A stretch of 60,031 nucleotides of DNA, counting the filler, from Sphacelaria rigidula (Eukaryota): NCBI GenBank assembly GCA_964200075.2. It is 6 parts of 6 records of this genome, joined end to end, with 100 filler letters (N's around TTAATTAATTAA, not from the genome) between each part and the next. Parts side by side here need not be neighbours in the genome. Positions count along the whole stretch, not along the records: positions 50,112 to 60,031 come from CAXNAA020007486.1; 5 more parts are not named here. One strand, given 5' to 3'. The notes below the pieces were generated by a model that worked only from the letters and a program-made list of their open reading frames with translations, had not been told where the DNA came from and searched no databases. Positions within the stretch are counted from its first letter, which is position 1. Each line of letters begins with the position of its first letter. The position numbers and the translations under genes were made by a program. Positions 50,227 through 60,031 of this stretch are shown here, one piece after another.

Positions 50227-51269
50227 GTAAATTGCCATCCTAAAGTCATTGCCCAGGGCAACAAATCGGGCAAAACATGTATCCGCCTTGAACGTCGAAT
50301 AGCTCCGCTTAACTCAACTGAGTGTGCAGTTTCGCCTTCTAGACCGACGACAATAGCACGCTACGAAATTGCCGATGCGTTGAGCGAGACCTCAGAGTTC
50401 GTTCTTCTTTTGCGCGACAATCTGCTCACAACACCCCGTTCCTCTTCTTCGTTCTAGCGCACCGGCGTGGGATAACTCCCGTACATACCTCACGATGTAT
50501 CGGAAAAGAGCTCGAATATTTCATTATTATTATCTTCCTTTTCATTTGTCGCACCTTGAACCCCTCCCCTTCCTCGAGATAGCTCTGTAGTCTCAACGGA
50601 TCAGCCATTCTCTGCCCCGTAACAACACGACAATATCAAAGGTGAGTTCGCAAAATAGCTGCGCGAGCCATACATACATCAACCTCATATTTCAACTACA
50701 ATGCTTCTCATGCTCGTGTCAAATAACACATGTAACAACGAAATGACCGAGATTCGTTAAACCACCCCCCACCCCCACCCCCCAGGCGATATGGGCGCCC
50801 ACTATTTCACCGATACAATTACTCGTTCCAGTTTGTGTTATTCTGTTTTCATTCTATCTCACACGAAAAAAACTCCAATTGTGCTGTTGTATTCATATTG
50901 TTGCTCTGATGATCCAATATCGAAATTGTTGCTGCTGCTACTGTTCATCGAGAAACCAAAACCAACCGCTGTTGTTCAGCGAGCACTTCATAGCATTGCG
51001 TTTTCCCCACGGTATCCAACGACACGTATCTCGCGGTACGCATGGAAACTCCGCTCACTTTTCTGGATAGGCCACCACCGAGCCACCGACACGAAGTTTT
51101 GAGCACACACACGATCGAACTCTGTACTTGCAGCACCCATCAATATGCCCATCTGCACCAGTCGTGAAGGGTACAACACTCGTCTACCAAACGGAGGATC
51201 GCTTTCCCATGTCGCCAAAAACTAACGCGGCCATCTCCGCCCTACGCACAAACGCCACAGAGTCAAGGC

Positions 51270-51600
51270 GCGCACACACAGACGCGTGTTGGCACAAGCG
51301 CGAGCTACTGTTGCCATCACGGTGTGCCAGAGATAAACAGGCACCATCACATTACGATCTTACGTTTGTCCGAGGAACACAAACGAGGCCCATGCGTCTG
51401 CATCGTGCTGGAACGGCCCTTCGAGCTTTACCGTCAAGAGTTTCCACTGAAGACAAGGAGATTGCCTAGCCTTCTCGTCTGGTTACGTTCGGCTCAGTTC
51501 CCGCGCTCCAAGTGGTCATGAGCGTGTGAACAGTTGAATAAGCATCCCGCCCTTCGTTCCGGTTATATTCATTGCTACATGAACCCTTGTATCAAGACTT
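51270..51600 (+). pseudogene. Possible decayed KDZ (Kyakuja-Dileera-Zisupton)-type transposase fragment
   Basis: Frameshifted YCCHHGV (51306), APSHYD (51341), FTVKSFH (51427), ACEQLN (51522) in the CxHG...YD...DxFH...EQxN order. Confidence 0.35.
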
Positions 51601-52164
51601 CTTACGGGCGAAAATAAAGCGTGCCTAGGATGTACAGATGTCATCATTTTTCCGTTCTACTGGCCCTAATGTCAGCTCTTTCAATTCAGGTCCACCGTCA
51701 GAGGACAGAAGACCCGTATTTTCGAAAACAAATATGACGAGGCCCGATCACATCAACTATCTGGTGGAAAAGAATGAAGGGGATGTCGAAAAATAATACA
51801 ATAACAGGCATAATTGAAAATAAAAAAGCATTCAACATATTCGTGCAAAACTTGAAAACGATCACCATCACGTTTTCTTCTCCTCGAATGACTAGGAAGT
51901 CCGCACGCACGCATCCCTGCACGCGAGAAAGACACTAAGTTTGTTTCTAATTACCGTATGTATATACAAGTATCAGTCGATTCCCTTCAATCCAACGACG
52001 TCACTTTCTGCGCATCATGTTTCTATCTTACGCTTATTATACGTATACACGTTACCCACCTCCTGAGGGAAGGAGGCCGCATCGCGTATGCTTAACGGAA
52101 TTGCGAAATCATCTCGCGGACGAAAAACGCATTTGTATTACATCCTCACACGAAAATCTACCTC

Positions 52165-55100
52165 GCAGGCGAATCAGACGCTGTGACGTTTGTAGTTGCC
52201 TGCACGCCGCTACAGACACATCGAAGCCGGAGAGAAGAGAGAGATATCTCATAGGGCCGAGTGGGACAGCACTGTGAACCGAGTGCCCAACAATCACCAC
52301 CCGTTGATTTTGATGAAAGCTAACGCTAGGACTCGGGAAAAAAACAGGAGAAAAGGACTGTAAAATACTGCGGGCATCCAGCCAGGCCTCCCGAGCCAAC
52401 GACAGCAACGGCACCTCTTTGATACAGTTTGAGGGTGACAGCGGGCTTGCCGTGGTGGACACGTTTTTTCCAACCCCTGAGGGAGGCACATACCATACGT
52501 TCGACGGAGTTGAATATAGTGGCTTGGACAAAGAACGCGTTGACTGCATTCTTACACTGCAAGACCACCGCAGGGTTGTTCGCAATGTCATCGTCCACCT
52601 TCAACCACTCAACTCGCCGGACTCTGACCACAACATCGTGTGTGCCTCAGTGCGGCTCCTTGATCGTTTCCCACGCAACAGACCTCGGCTAAGCCCAACT
52701 GGGGGACGACAGGTGGGCAACATGTCCTGACACCGATAGATGTGAGCGACTCAATCAGCAATTCATCAGCGAGCTCAAGCAGGGTAGAATTCTCGACACA
52801 GTCAGTGAATCAACCGCGAACTTCACCGGCGAACTGCTGAGCTCCGCTGAAAAAATGGTGGCCCGTCAGACCCCAAAGCCACGCACACCGCGGTGGTTGG
52901 AGGATGTTGTCACCCGAACGGGCTTCAAACAGACCTGGAAGGACAGGGTAGGGCGAGGGTAGCGGTGCGAATAGGACCGCGAGATAAAACCGCATGGGGC
53001 ACCCAGCGAGCCGTGTGCAGGGAACTCAAGAGGTGATCGAAACTGGGATGGACAGGAGCCTGGAGGTGTATGCAGAGGGACTGAAAAAGTATACTCAAAC
53101 TGAGGACGTGAGAGGATAGTACAGACACCTGAAAGGAGAGTGGAGCCTGGCGAGACGAAAGGTGAAGAGCGGGAAGTCCGTCAGAGGTGAGGGCAAGAAT
53201 CTACCGCGGGACAAAGGCCGATGATTTTCCACCTTGCCGAGTGCCGTATCAGCAACTATCGACCCAGCCGTCATCGAGAACCAGACAACGATCGATGGCG
53301 TTGTCACTTGAAGACCCACCGAGCACGACTGAAATCGAGGAGGCTCTGACAGCTATGGCTGACGGCAAAGGGACGGGCCCCGAAAATCTATCTGCTGAAC
53401 TCGTTGGGGAGGGATGCTGTGCCACTTCCACAGCACCATCACTGCGGTTTGGACATCTGGCGAGGTGCCATAGGAGTGGAAAGATGCCAATATCGAAGTG
53501 CTACACTACACAAAAAGAAGGACAGGACCGAGTGAGGTAACGATGGAGGTATCTCACGCGTGGCACATGCTGATCAAGTTCCCCTCAAAATCGTGGCCGA
53601 CAGGCCTGGTAGTTTCTGAGCGGAGGCAGGGATCTTCCCGGAAGAACAGCGCGGATTCCGGCGCCAACGATTGACCACCGACATGATCTTTGTGGTACGC
53701 CGACTACAGGACTTGAAACGGGCGAGCGATGTCCCTCAACATGTGCTTCATCGGCGTGCAGACGGCCTACGACTCCGTAGACCGCACGTTCCTGATGGAA
53801 GTAATTGCCCGCGTCGGAGTCACGCCGCGGATGATCACGGGCATCGGTATGGTTCACGATGACATGCGCACTCGGGCACAGCTGGATGGATGTTGACGGA
53901 CTATGAGCGTGGTTCAGCATCTGCCAGGGACTCGGATGCGTTTCGTCCCCGCTCTTGTTCAACACCCTCGACTCAGCCTCGGTCGACGGGCTCTTACAGC
54001 GATTCGCGGCAGACCCAGCCATCGTCTCAGATTTGGTATATCTAGATAATGCGCTGAAAGGTTACGACGGTAAACCCCTGGAAGAGAAACCGGTGGAGGA
54101 AGTCCCGCGCGAGGTTTGGGGAATGCAATATGTGGATGATGCCGGCGTAGTCTCGAGGTCCGCACATGGGCTTGCTAGGATGACGGCCGGGAAAAAGGTG
54201 GTTTGTCAGGAGTTCGGATTGACGGTATTGGAGAGCAAGGCAGAGTCCATGCGCCTCAGGTCAGCACCCAGCTCTGCAGAGACCGCACTGCCTCACCAAT
54301 GCGGATGCGAATATTTCTACCGAAATCAACCGTCACATCAGCGCTGCGTGGGCACGCCTCTGAAACTGTAGTTTCCAATTTTACGACCGACCCAACGTCC
54401 AGCTACCTCTAAACTCTGGTTGTGCCTAAAGCGGAGGTGATGATAGCTATGCCGTGCGGATTTGCTATATGGATGCTGCGTTCTGAGGACTACGATAGTC
54501 TGCCGCTGCCCACCACCAGCTTTTACTGCGAGTGGTTGGGAGCGAAATGGTTGCAAGACGCGTTCAGAGCTGTGCTCGACATGATCAACCGCGGACGTAA
54601 CGAGACGAGCACCCGCACATGTCCATCCTGGTTCGCTGGGGGGCAATTGCCAAAAGCTGGTATACCGCCTACATTTTCGCCAAGAGCCGAAGTAGCTGAA
54701 AATCCACTTCAGAAATGCAACAAATGCTGATGCCTGATCGGCCAAATCACGCCGCCAATGGGTTCTGGCGAAAAGTACGCGCGGTGTACCTGTTCGTGAC
54801 AACTCAATCTGGCTTTCACCGGGTTTTTGGCGACGACTTCACCGGTTTTTGGCGATCGACGTGCCTGATGGCAGGTTCCCGGCCAGTCCGAAAACATGTA
54901 CACGTCACAGAACACACTGTTACCTTTTGGCGGCTGGCCGCTAAATATCGAGAGTTTCGTTTTGTCATTGCGACCACCACCATCCCAACCCACACCCCGT
55001 AAAGGGCTCTACCCACGATCACGCGGCTGCGTCACAGCTTCGAAGCGGGCGGGCACATAAATCACGGCGGGTCAGAAACACAGTCAGTCGAAAACACAAC

Positions 55101-55935
55101 GCACATGTCACTCACTGACCTCGGCTGGGGAGGGGTATCGAGTCAACTACGGAAAAGGAATGGAAGCGGCAGCTAAAGCGTGTATTCAGCCTGAACCTTA
55201 CAAATTTACGGCTGACGTCAAAGCGCGTCAGTGTGCAGCCAGACACGGTACATACACGTGCCGAAGCACAGTGCACACGCAGGCGGCGACAGCGATCCCG
55301 CAGCTGGAGAGAACTGCCGACCGTATGGCCATGGCCCCCTCTTGTGGGTGACTACCTGGCGGGTGTAGGCCAATACGAACAACAGAAGACGACAGACGAT
55401 TCCAGGCCCAGCCGAAATAAAACTCCCGATATTTAGCGGCCAACCGTCGAAAGGTAACAGCGTGTACTGTGACGTGTACATGTTTTCGGGCTGGCCGGGA
55501 ACCTGCGGTCAGGTACGTCGACAGCCAAAAACCAGTGAAGTCGTCGCCACGAACCCGGTGAAAGCTAAATTGAGTTGTCACTGAACAGGTACACCGCGCG
55601 TGCCGTTCGCCAGAATCCGTTGGCGGCGTGATTCGGTCAATCAGGCGGTAGCATTTGTTGCGTTTCTGAAGTGGATTTTCAGCTACACCGGTTCTTGGCG
55701 AAAATACAGGCGGTATATCGGTTTTTGCCAATTGCCCTTCGCTTAGGCCCTTGTCCGGCAGGACGAGTCGCTTTTTCCAAAGCGTCTCATGCTCCGTCAG
55801 TTAGCGGCACAGGAGCACGAGAGAGCTGGCCAGCCCCCCAAATACTGGAGGGACCGTATCCAGGAAAACCTGTGTGCACTAAGGGCTTTACGAAAAAAAC
55901 GAGCACGACGGAAATGGTTCATCTTCGGTTATGGG
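52165..55935 (+). mobile_element. Decayed RTE-like LINE (APE endonuclease + RT), interrupted by a MULE at 54641-55737
   Basis: Frameshifted motifs in order: TFVVA, LILMKANART, RVDCIL...DSDHN, GKGTGPE, LPEEQRGFR, TAYDSVDR, SPLLFN, YVDDAGVV, FGLTV, WFAG / ALVRQD...PKRLM. Confidence 0.92.
54641..55737. mobile_element. Non-autonomous Mutator-like element (MULE) with ~320-bp TIRs
   Basis: 54641-54962 is the inverted repeat of 55414-55737 (GGGCAATTG...CAATTGCCC); 9-bp TSD TTCGCTGGG / TTCGCTTAG. Confidence 0.85.
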
Positions 55936-56693
55936 GGAGAATAAAGGCCGTAACGACCATAAAACCCCGCGCAGGAGAAACAAAGAAAAACACACCATCA
56001 GCTGTTCCCAATGATACACACGCTTCGTACCTAATTTGACTTGATCAGCGTATACCACAGCTGTAGCACTTTCATCGCGTTTTTTCGGCACAGGAAGCAA
56101 GCCGGCATGTGGCACACTTTACAGCCCCCTGCGCACACACAAAAGCTAGGGGGTCCTGACATAAATTTGCTCGGATCGCCACAGCGGACCCCAAAAAAGC
56201 CCCCCAAAACAGCAAAAAACAGCCTTTTGAGTACACTTTGGTTTGGTGCAGCGTTTGAGGAACGCGTCAAGGAAATATGTTTTAATGGTTTCCTAGATTG
56301 GGTGCGTAGCAAGCGCACGCAAGGAAGCACAGCCCAATCTTATGTTCTGTTGCCGATGAATCCGCGTTGAAAGATTGACACTTTTGGGTTTGGGACTAGC
56401 ACTATCTTTACCATGGAAACGTTTGCTGCTGCTCCTGTGGTGGGTGGCGTGCCATTACCACTGTTCCTGCTCGTATTCTTGTCTCGTGATGTTCGCAAGG
56501 GCGGTGAGCGTGGTGCGGCAGCTTGCGGGCATATGCTTCTCGAATGCTACAGCAAAAAACAGCAGCAGTACCTTAAGAGTGCAACAGAGAGGGCACAACA
56601 ACAGGAGCAACAGCTTCCATCCTCCTGTTGTGGTGCCCCCGTGTAAAGATGTACAGCAACGTCAGTCACAGGCTTGTTGTACATGCAATATTT

Positions 56694-56863
56694 CTCACCT
56701 TGGACAATATATGGTCAATAGTTGCAATAGACAAGAAACGTACTGCATAATGTATGGGCCTATTGCGCCTATTGTCGACTGGCAATAGTTGCAATAGGCC
56801 TATATACTATGCAGTACACTTCTCGTCTATTGCGTCTTTTGGCCATATATTGTCCAGGGTGTG
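56694..56863. mobile_element. Palindromic MITE (CACCYTGGACAA TIR family)
   Basis: CACCTTGGACAATATATGG...CCATATATTGTCCAGGGTGTG. Confidence 0.8.
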
Positions 56864-58948
56864 ATATATTTATATACCACCACTACAGTTAAGGGTGCTA
56901 ATCGGGGCCAAAATATATAGTTTTTTTTTTAATAGTGTGTAGGATCTTCCTGTTGGAAAATCCCACAAGCCAATGAGATGGGAATGAATCCGCTCAGTTG
57001 AACGGCAAAGGAGCGAATGGGCCGCCCGGTCGGTTGGGAAAGAAGTGCAGAAGGCCATCTGCACCCATGACAAGCACACCTCCCTGCTGCATCGCATCGC
57101 CCGTTCGGTCTGTTCATTATTCATTTTTACATCAAAACTGCGACAAAGCAACACAGATGACCCACCCTGGGGGTGCCCGTCTGCATGGATCGAGGCAGAG
57201 CAGATCGAAAACGCACAGAGCAGGACAGCAGGGCAATGCTTTATATTAAGGTGCGGTGTGGTCTTCTCTCTACCACCCGTTGCGTTCGTTCCGTTTGTCG
57301 ATGGGTATCACCCACCAAGGATCAGATTACACGAAACCCTCCGACACCGCCATCCTTTCCTGCCTTCAGGTGCAAAAAAAAGCCCTTGGGCTGCGGTGGG
57401 CATTCATTTTTGAAGTAAATAGTACACCCATACAAACACAACTGATCCATCATGAGGCGGCTGTTGTCTGTAAATAAACAAAGCCGAAGTGCACGGTACA
57501 GCACAGTACAAATACAGTAAAATATTATCTTCTCTCTGCCCCCCACCGTATTCCCCTCGTCTGTGGGTATCGTCGAGTGTCGGATTACTCCTCTGGAGAG
57601 CGTCACTCTTCCCCCCGGCTCCCGTGAAAGTGGCGCTTGATTGCCAGGGTGGTGTCTTGTGTTCATTTTTCAAGCCAAAATCTCTGGAGACGGTCGCCTC
57701 TTCCTTTCTACAATAATAACTGGCTCTGAAGTTGATTTCTTCGACCGCCGGTTGGATCATCTGGGTTTTGCATCCATTTTTCGAGTGAAAAGTATGCCGA
57801 TACAACATATGCCCGACCCTGGGGTGAATGGAGGGTGAGTGACACCTCTCTGTGTATTCACAACATACAAGCTCAAGTCGCAGCAGACGGAAGGTGTAGG
57901 GCGGTACGGTGAACATGGCGATAACAATACAATCGACACCACAGACGAAGAGGAGAGCACAATTCGGTCGCCATGATGTTGGCTACCCCAGTACACGCCA
58001 TGCTCTTGACCTTGGGTTCTTTGCGTGGCTGTGTACACAAGCGGCGGAGCTCTCCTCGACAGAAAATCTCTGAGTGTATCACGTTTGCACATGCGCACGC
58101 ACCGCACAAAAGTTACATAGCGACCGATTGAGACCTGCCCCTCGACGTTTCCCCCGGAGCCCCTTTTGGCTGTGATTATTCTTCACTTGTATTTATTGGG
58201 GTACACCATCGAGGGGTAGGTTTTATCCGGGCGGTTCTCCACGGTTACGTGCGCGATTCGAGCGCCGTTTATTGCGTAGGGTGCTCACAACCCCAATGCA
58301 ATGCACTGCAGCGCCCATTTCAGGGCACGTCCCGCGGTTAGATCAGTAAGCCGGAAGTTATATTCGAATTATACGTTTTCTTTAGGTTTAGGGTGTACGC
58401 CTTCAAAGCTGGAAGATAAGGCCGCGGCCAAGGGCTGCGTGTGGATGGTCAGCAACAGGATGTAGGGTCTGAACAGGGAGGGTGTTGCCTGCGCGCGCGA
58501 TCAACCCGTCAAGAGATTGGATTGTAAAAGCAAGTGTATTTGGGCGGAGCATCCCAGGACAAGAAAGGAAAAGGGGAATTTTTGTCTGTGGTCGTTGTGT
58601 TTTCCTCGAACAGCCCAATCACTTTTGTTACCCCGATTAGCACCCCTAACAGTACATTTTTATGTGAGCCAGGTCGTTATTTTGAGGTGACACGTGTACT
58701 TTTGTGACTGATCTTGATTGGCTTGTTGAAGCTTTGGTCACTGCACACTTCCCCGAAAATTAGTGCCCAAAATTGGCCCTCATTCCTCCCCAAAACGGTG
58801 TGGAGGTCAAGGACGCACGCGATTGAGTCACTGCGGCGAAAACATGAGCAAATGGCATCTTGGAGTCGAGAAAAGGAGCGGAAAACAAACTCCAATCGGA
58901 CCTTCGCCACCAACGAGAGCTGCCAATCGGAGAGCCATCACCGCTGAT

Positions 58949-58949
<1 letters not shown>

Positions 58950-58996
<47 letters not shown>

Positions 58997-59014
58997 GCAA
59001 CAACATCATCATCA
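58950..59014 (+). repeat. (CAA)n microsatellite
   Basis: Read directly. Confidence 0.9.
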
Positions 59015-59734
59015 GCTCGGGAGGAATCCGCGCGGAGAGTGTCCCGCTTTGTACCCAACTACGAATGAGTAGGCGAAGCTGGGTTAAGAAGGAAGTGTAT
59101 GTATCCCATGTCTTCTCTCATCAGTTGCTGACTTGTCCTTGACGTGTGGTCTTGCTGTGTTTCCTGATTGTACTTCTGTATAAACCCTCTGTGTCCTTGG
59201 ATTTCATCGCTCCGGTAGTTTCCTTCTTCGCTGCTCTCTATCTCTCTCCATTTCTCTCCATCACGCTCTGTTTCTTTTCCCTCAGTGTGATACAGTAGCA
59301 CCTTGGTGCCTTGCTTCCGCAGGGCTCGTTGGCGCGAGCTCATGCCCAGTCATAGGTTCGAAATAACTGAGCCACAGCCTTCTCCCACGGCCCTTTCGCT
59401 TTCGTTTGCGTATGAATGCATGCGCTGGTTTGCGCAAGGCTTTCATCGCCTCAACCATGCTGCAGGGTCCAGCCTTTTCTTGTGTTACTGTTGTCATTTC
59501 GTCATTGACTTACTTTTTTTTCTTTACTTTTTTCTGTCATCTTCGTTCCGGTCCGTTCTGTTCCTTTCCTTCCCTTCCCTTCTTCTGCTCGGTTCTGTTG
59601 ATACTGCATACTGCTGCTGGTGTTCTTCGTTTTTGTTTTCAACTTCTGTTCTTCAGTTTACTCCATTCGTTTTGTTTTATCCTTTCTCTTGTATTTTCCA
59701 TTCCTCTTGAGCGATTACTACCGCATTGCTTACC

Positions 59735-59831
59735 TTGGCCACGTCCATCTTGTTGATAATGACCACACCTGGGACCCCGGGGGATCAGTCAACGTGCGAC
59801 AATCAATCAAACCAATCCGTGAATCAATCAA
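59735..59831 (+). mobile_element. Retroelement 3' end with (CAAT)n tail
   Basis: TGACCAC...GGACCCC...GATCAGT...GTGCGACAATCAATCAA after a long T-rich tract; six related copies in the window. Confidence 0.65.
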
Positions 59832-59836
59832 CATAC

Positions 59837-59971
59837 CCGATGATCCTTCTCCAAATGTCCGACGATATCACAGCCCTGTCTTCGGAGGATCTGGAACGTA
59901 ACCGCAAGGTGGTGGTGCTCCAGAGGAGCCTGGTCATTGTATAGAGCTGCCAGAGGACTCTCAGTGGCCGT
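59837..59971 (-). CDS. Class I cyclic-nucleotide phosphodiesterase catalytic-domain exon
   Basis: polyT-gtgcctgccag|TATESPLAALYNDQAPLEHHHLAVTFQILRRQGCDIVGHLEKDHR|gtatgt; matches PDEase_I SxLAxLYNDxSVLENHH; not in the ORF track. Confidence 0.85.
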
Positions 59972-60031
59972 CTGGCAGGCACAAAAAAACGGCAAAGAGG
60001 CGCACGACAGAAGGGGGTGGAGGAAGGGGAG

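Noticed and set aside
58381-58393. Telomere-like TTTAGG-TTTAGGG
   Set aside because: Only two units, internal, inside a small GGGGTACACC/GGTGTACGCC-bounded element.
58860-59072. PolyQ/polyT ORFs
   Set aside because: Translations of a (CAA)n microsatellite.
10025-60031. Helicase, TRRAP, WD40 and PDE as a functional gene cluster
   Set aside because: Each gene is on a different scaffold that was joined artificially.

Overview
This is not one locus. It is six unrelated, size-sorted eukaryotic scaffolds (1-9924, 10025-19948, 20049-29971, 30072-39991, 40092-50011, 50112-60031; lengths 9924, 9924, 9923, 9920, 9920, 9920) joined by artificial 100-bp N44-TTAATTAATTAA-N44 linkers. Short GC-rich exons, long repeat-filled introns and C/G homopolymers suggest a stramenopile, probably a brown alga (inference). 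Partial spliced genes were read by hand, all on the minus strand: a DDX21/RH3-type DEAD-box RNA helicase (4 exons), TRRAP/Tra1 (5 exons with large low-complexity insertions), a WD40 protein (2 exons) and one class I cyclic-nucleotide phosphodiesterase exon. The rest is mostly decayed mobile DNA: an RTE-like LINE split by a long-TIR MULE, a Ty3/gypsy pol fragment, two tRNA-derived SINEs, LINE 3' ends, and piggyBac-, hAT- and Tc1-like MITEs. The most unusual signal is a LINE family whose truncated copies end in C tracts, several with C-rich sequence on both sides, and a filled versus empty site pair suggests poly(C)-targeted retrotransposition. No prokaryotic system, CRISPR array or rRNA is supported. 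Nearly all ORFs in the supplied track are spurious.
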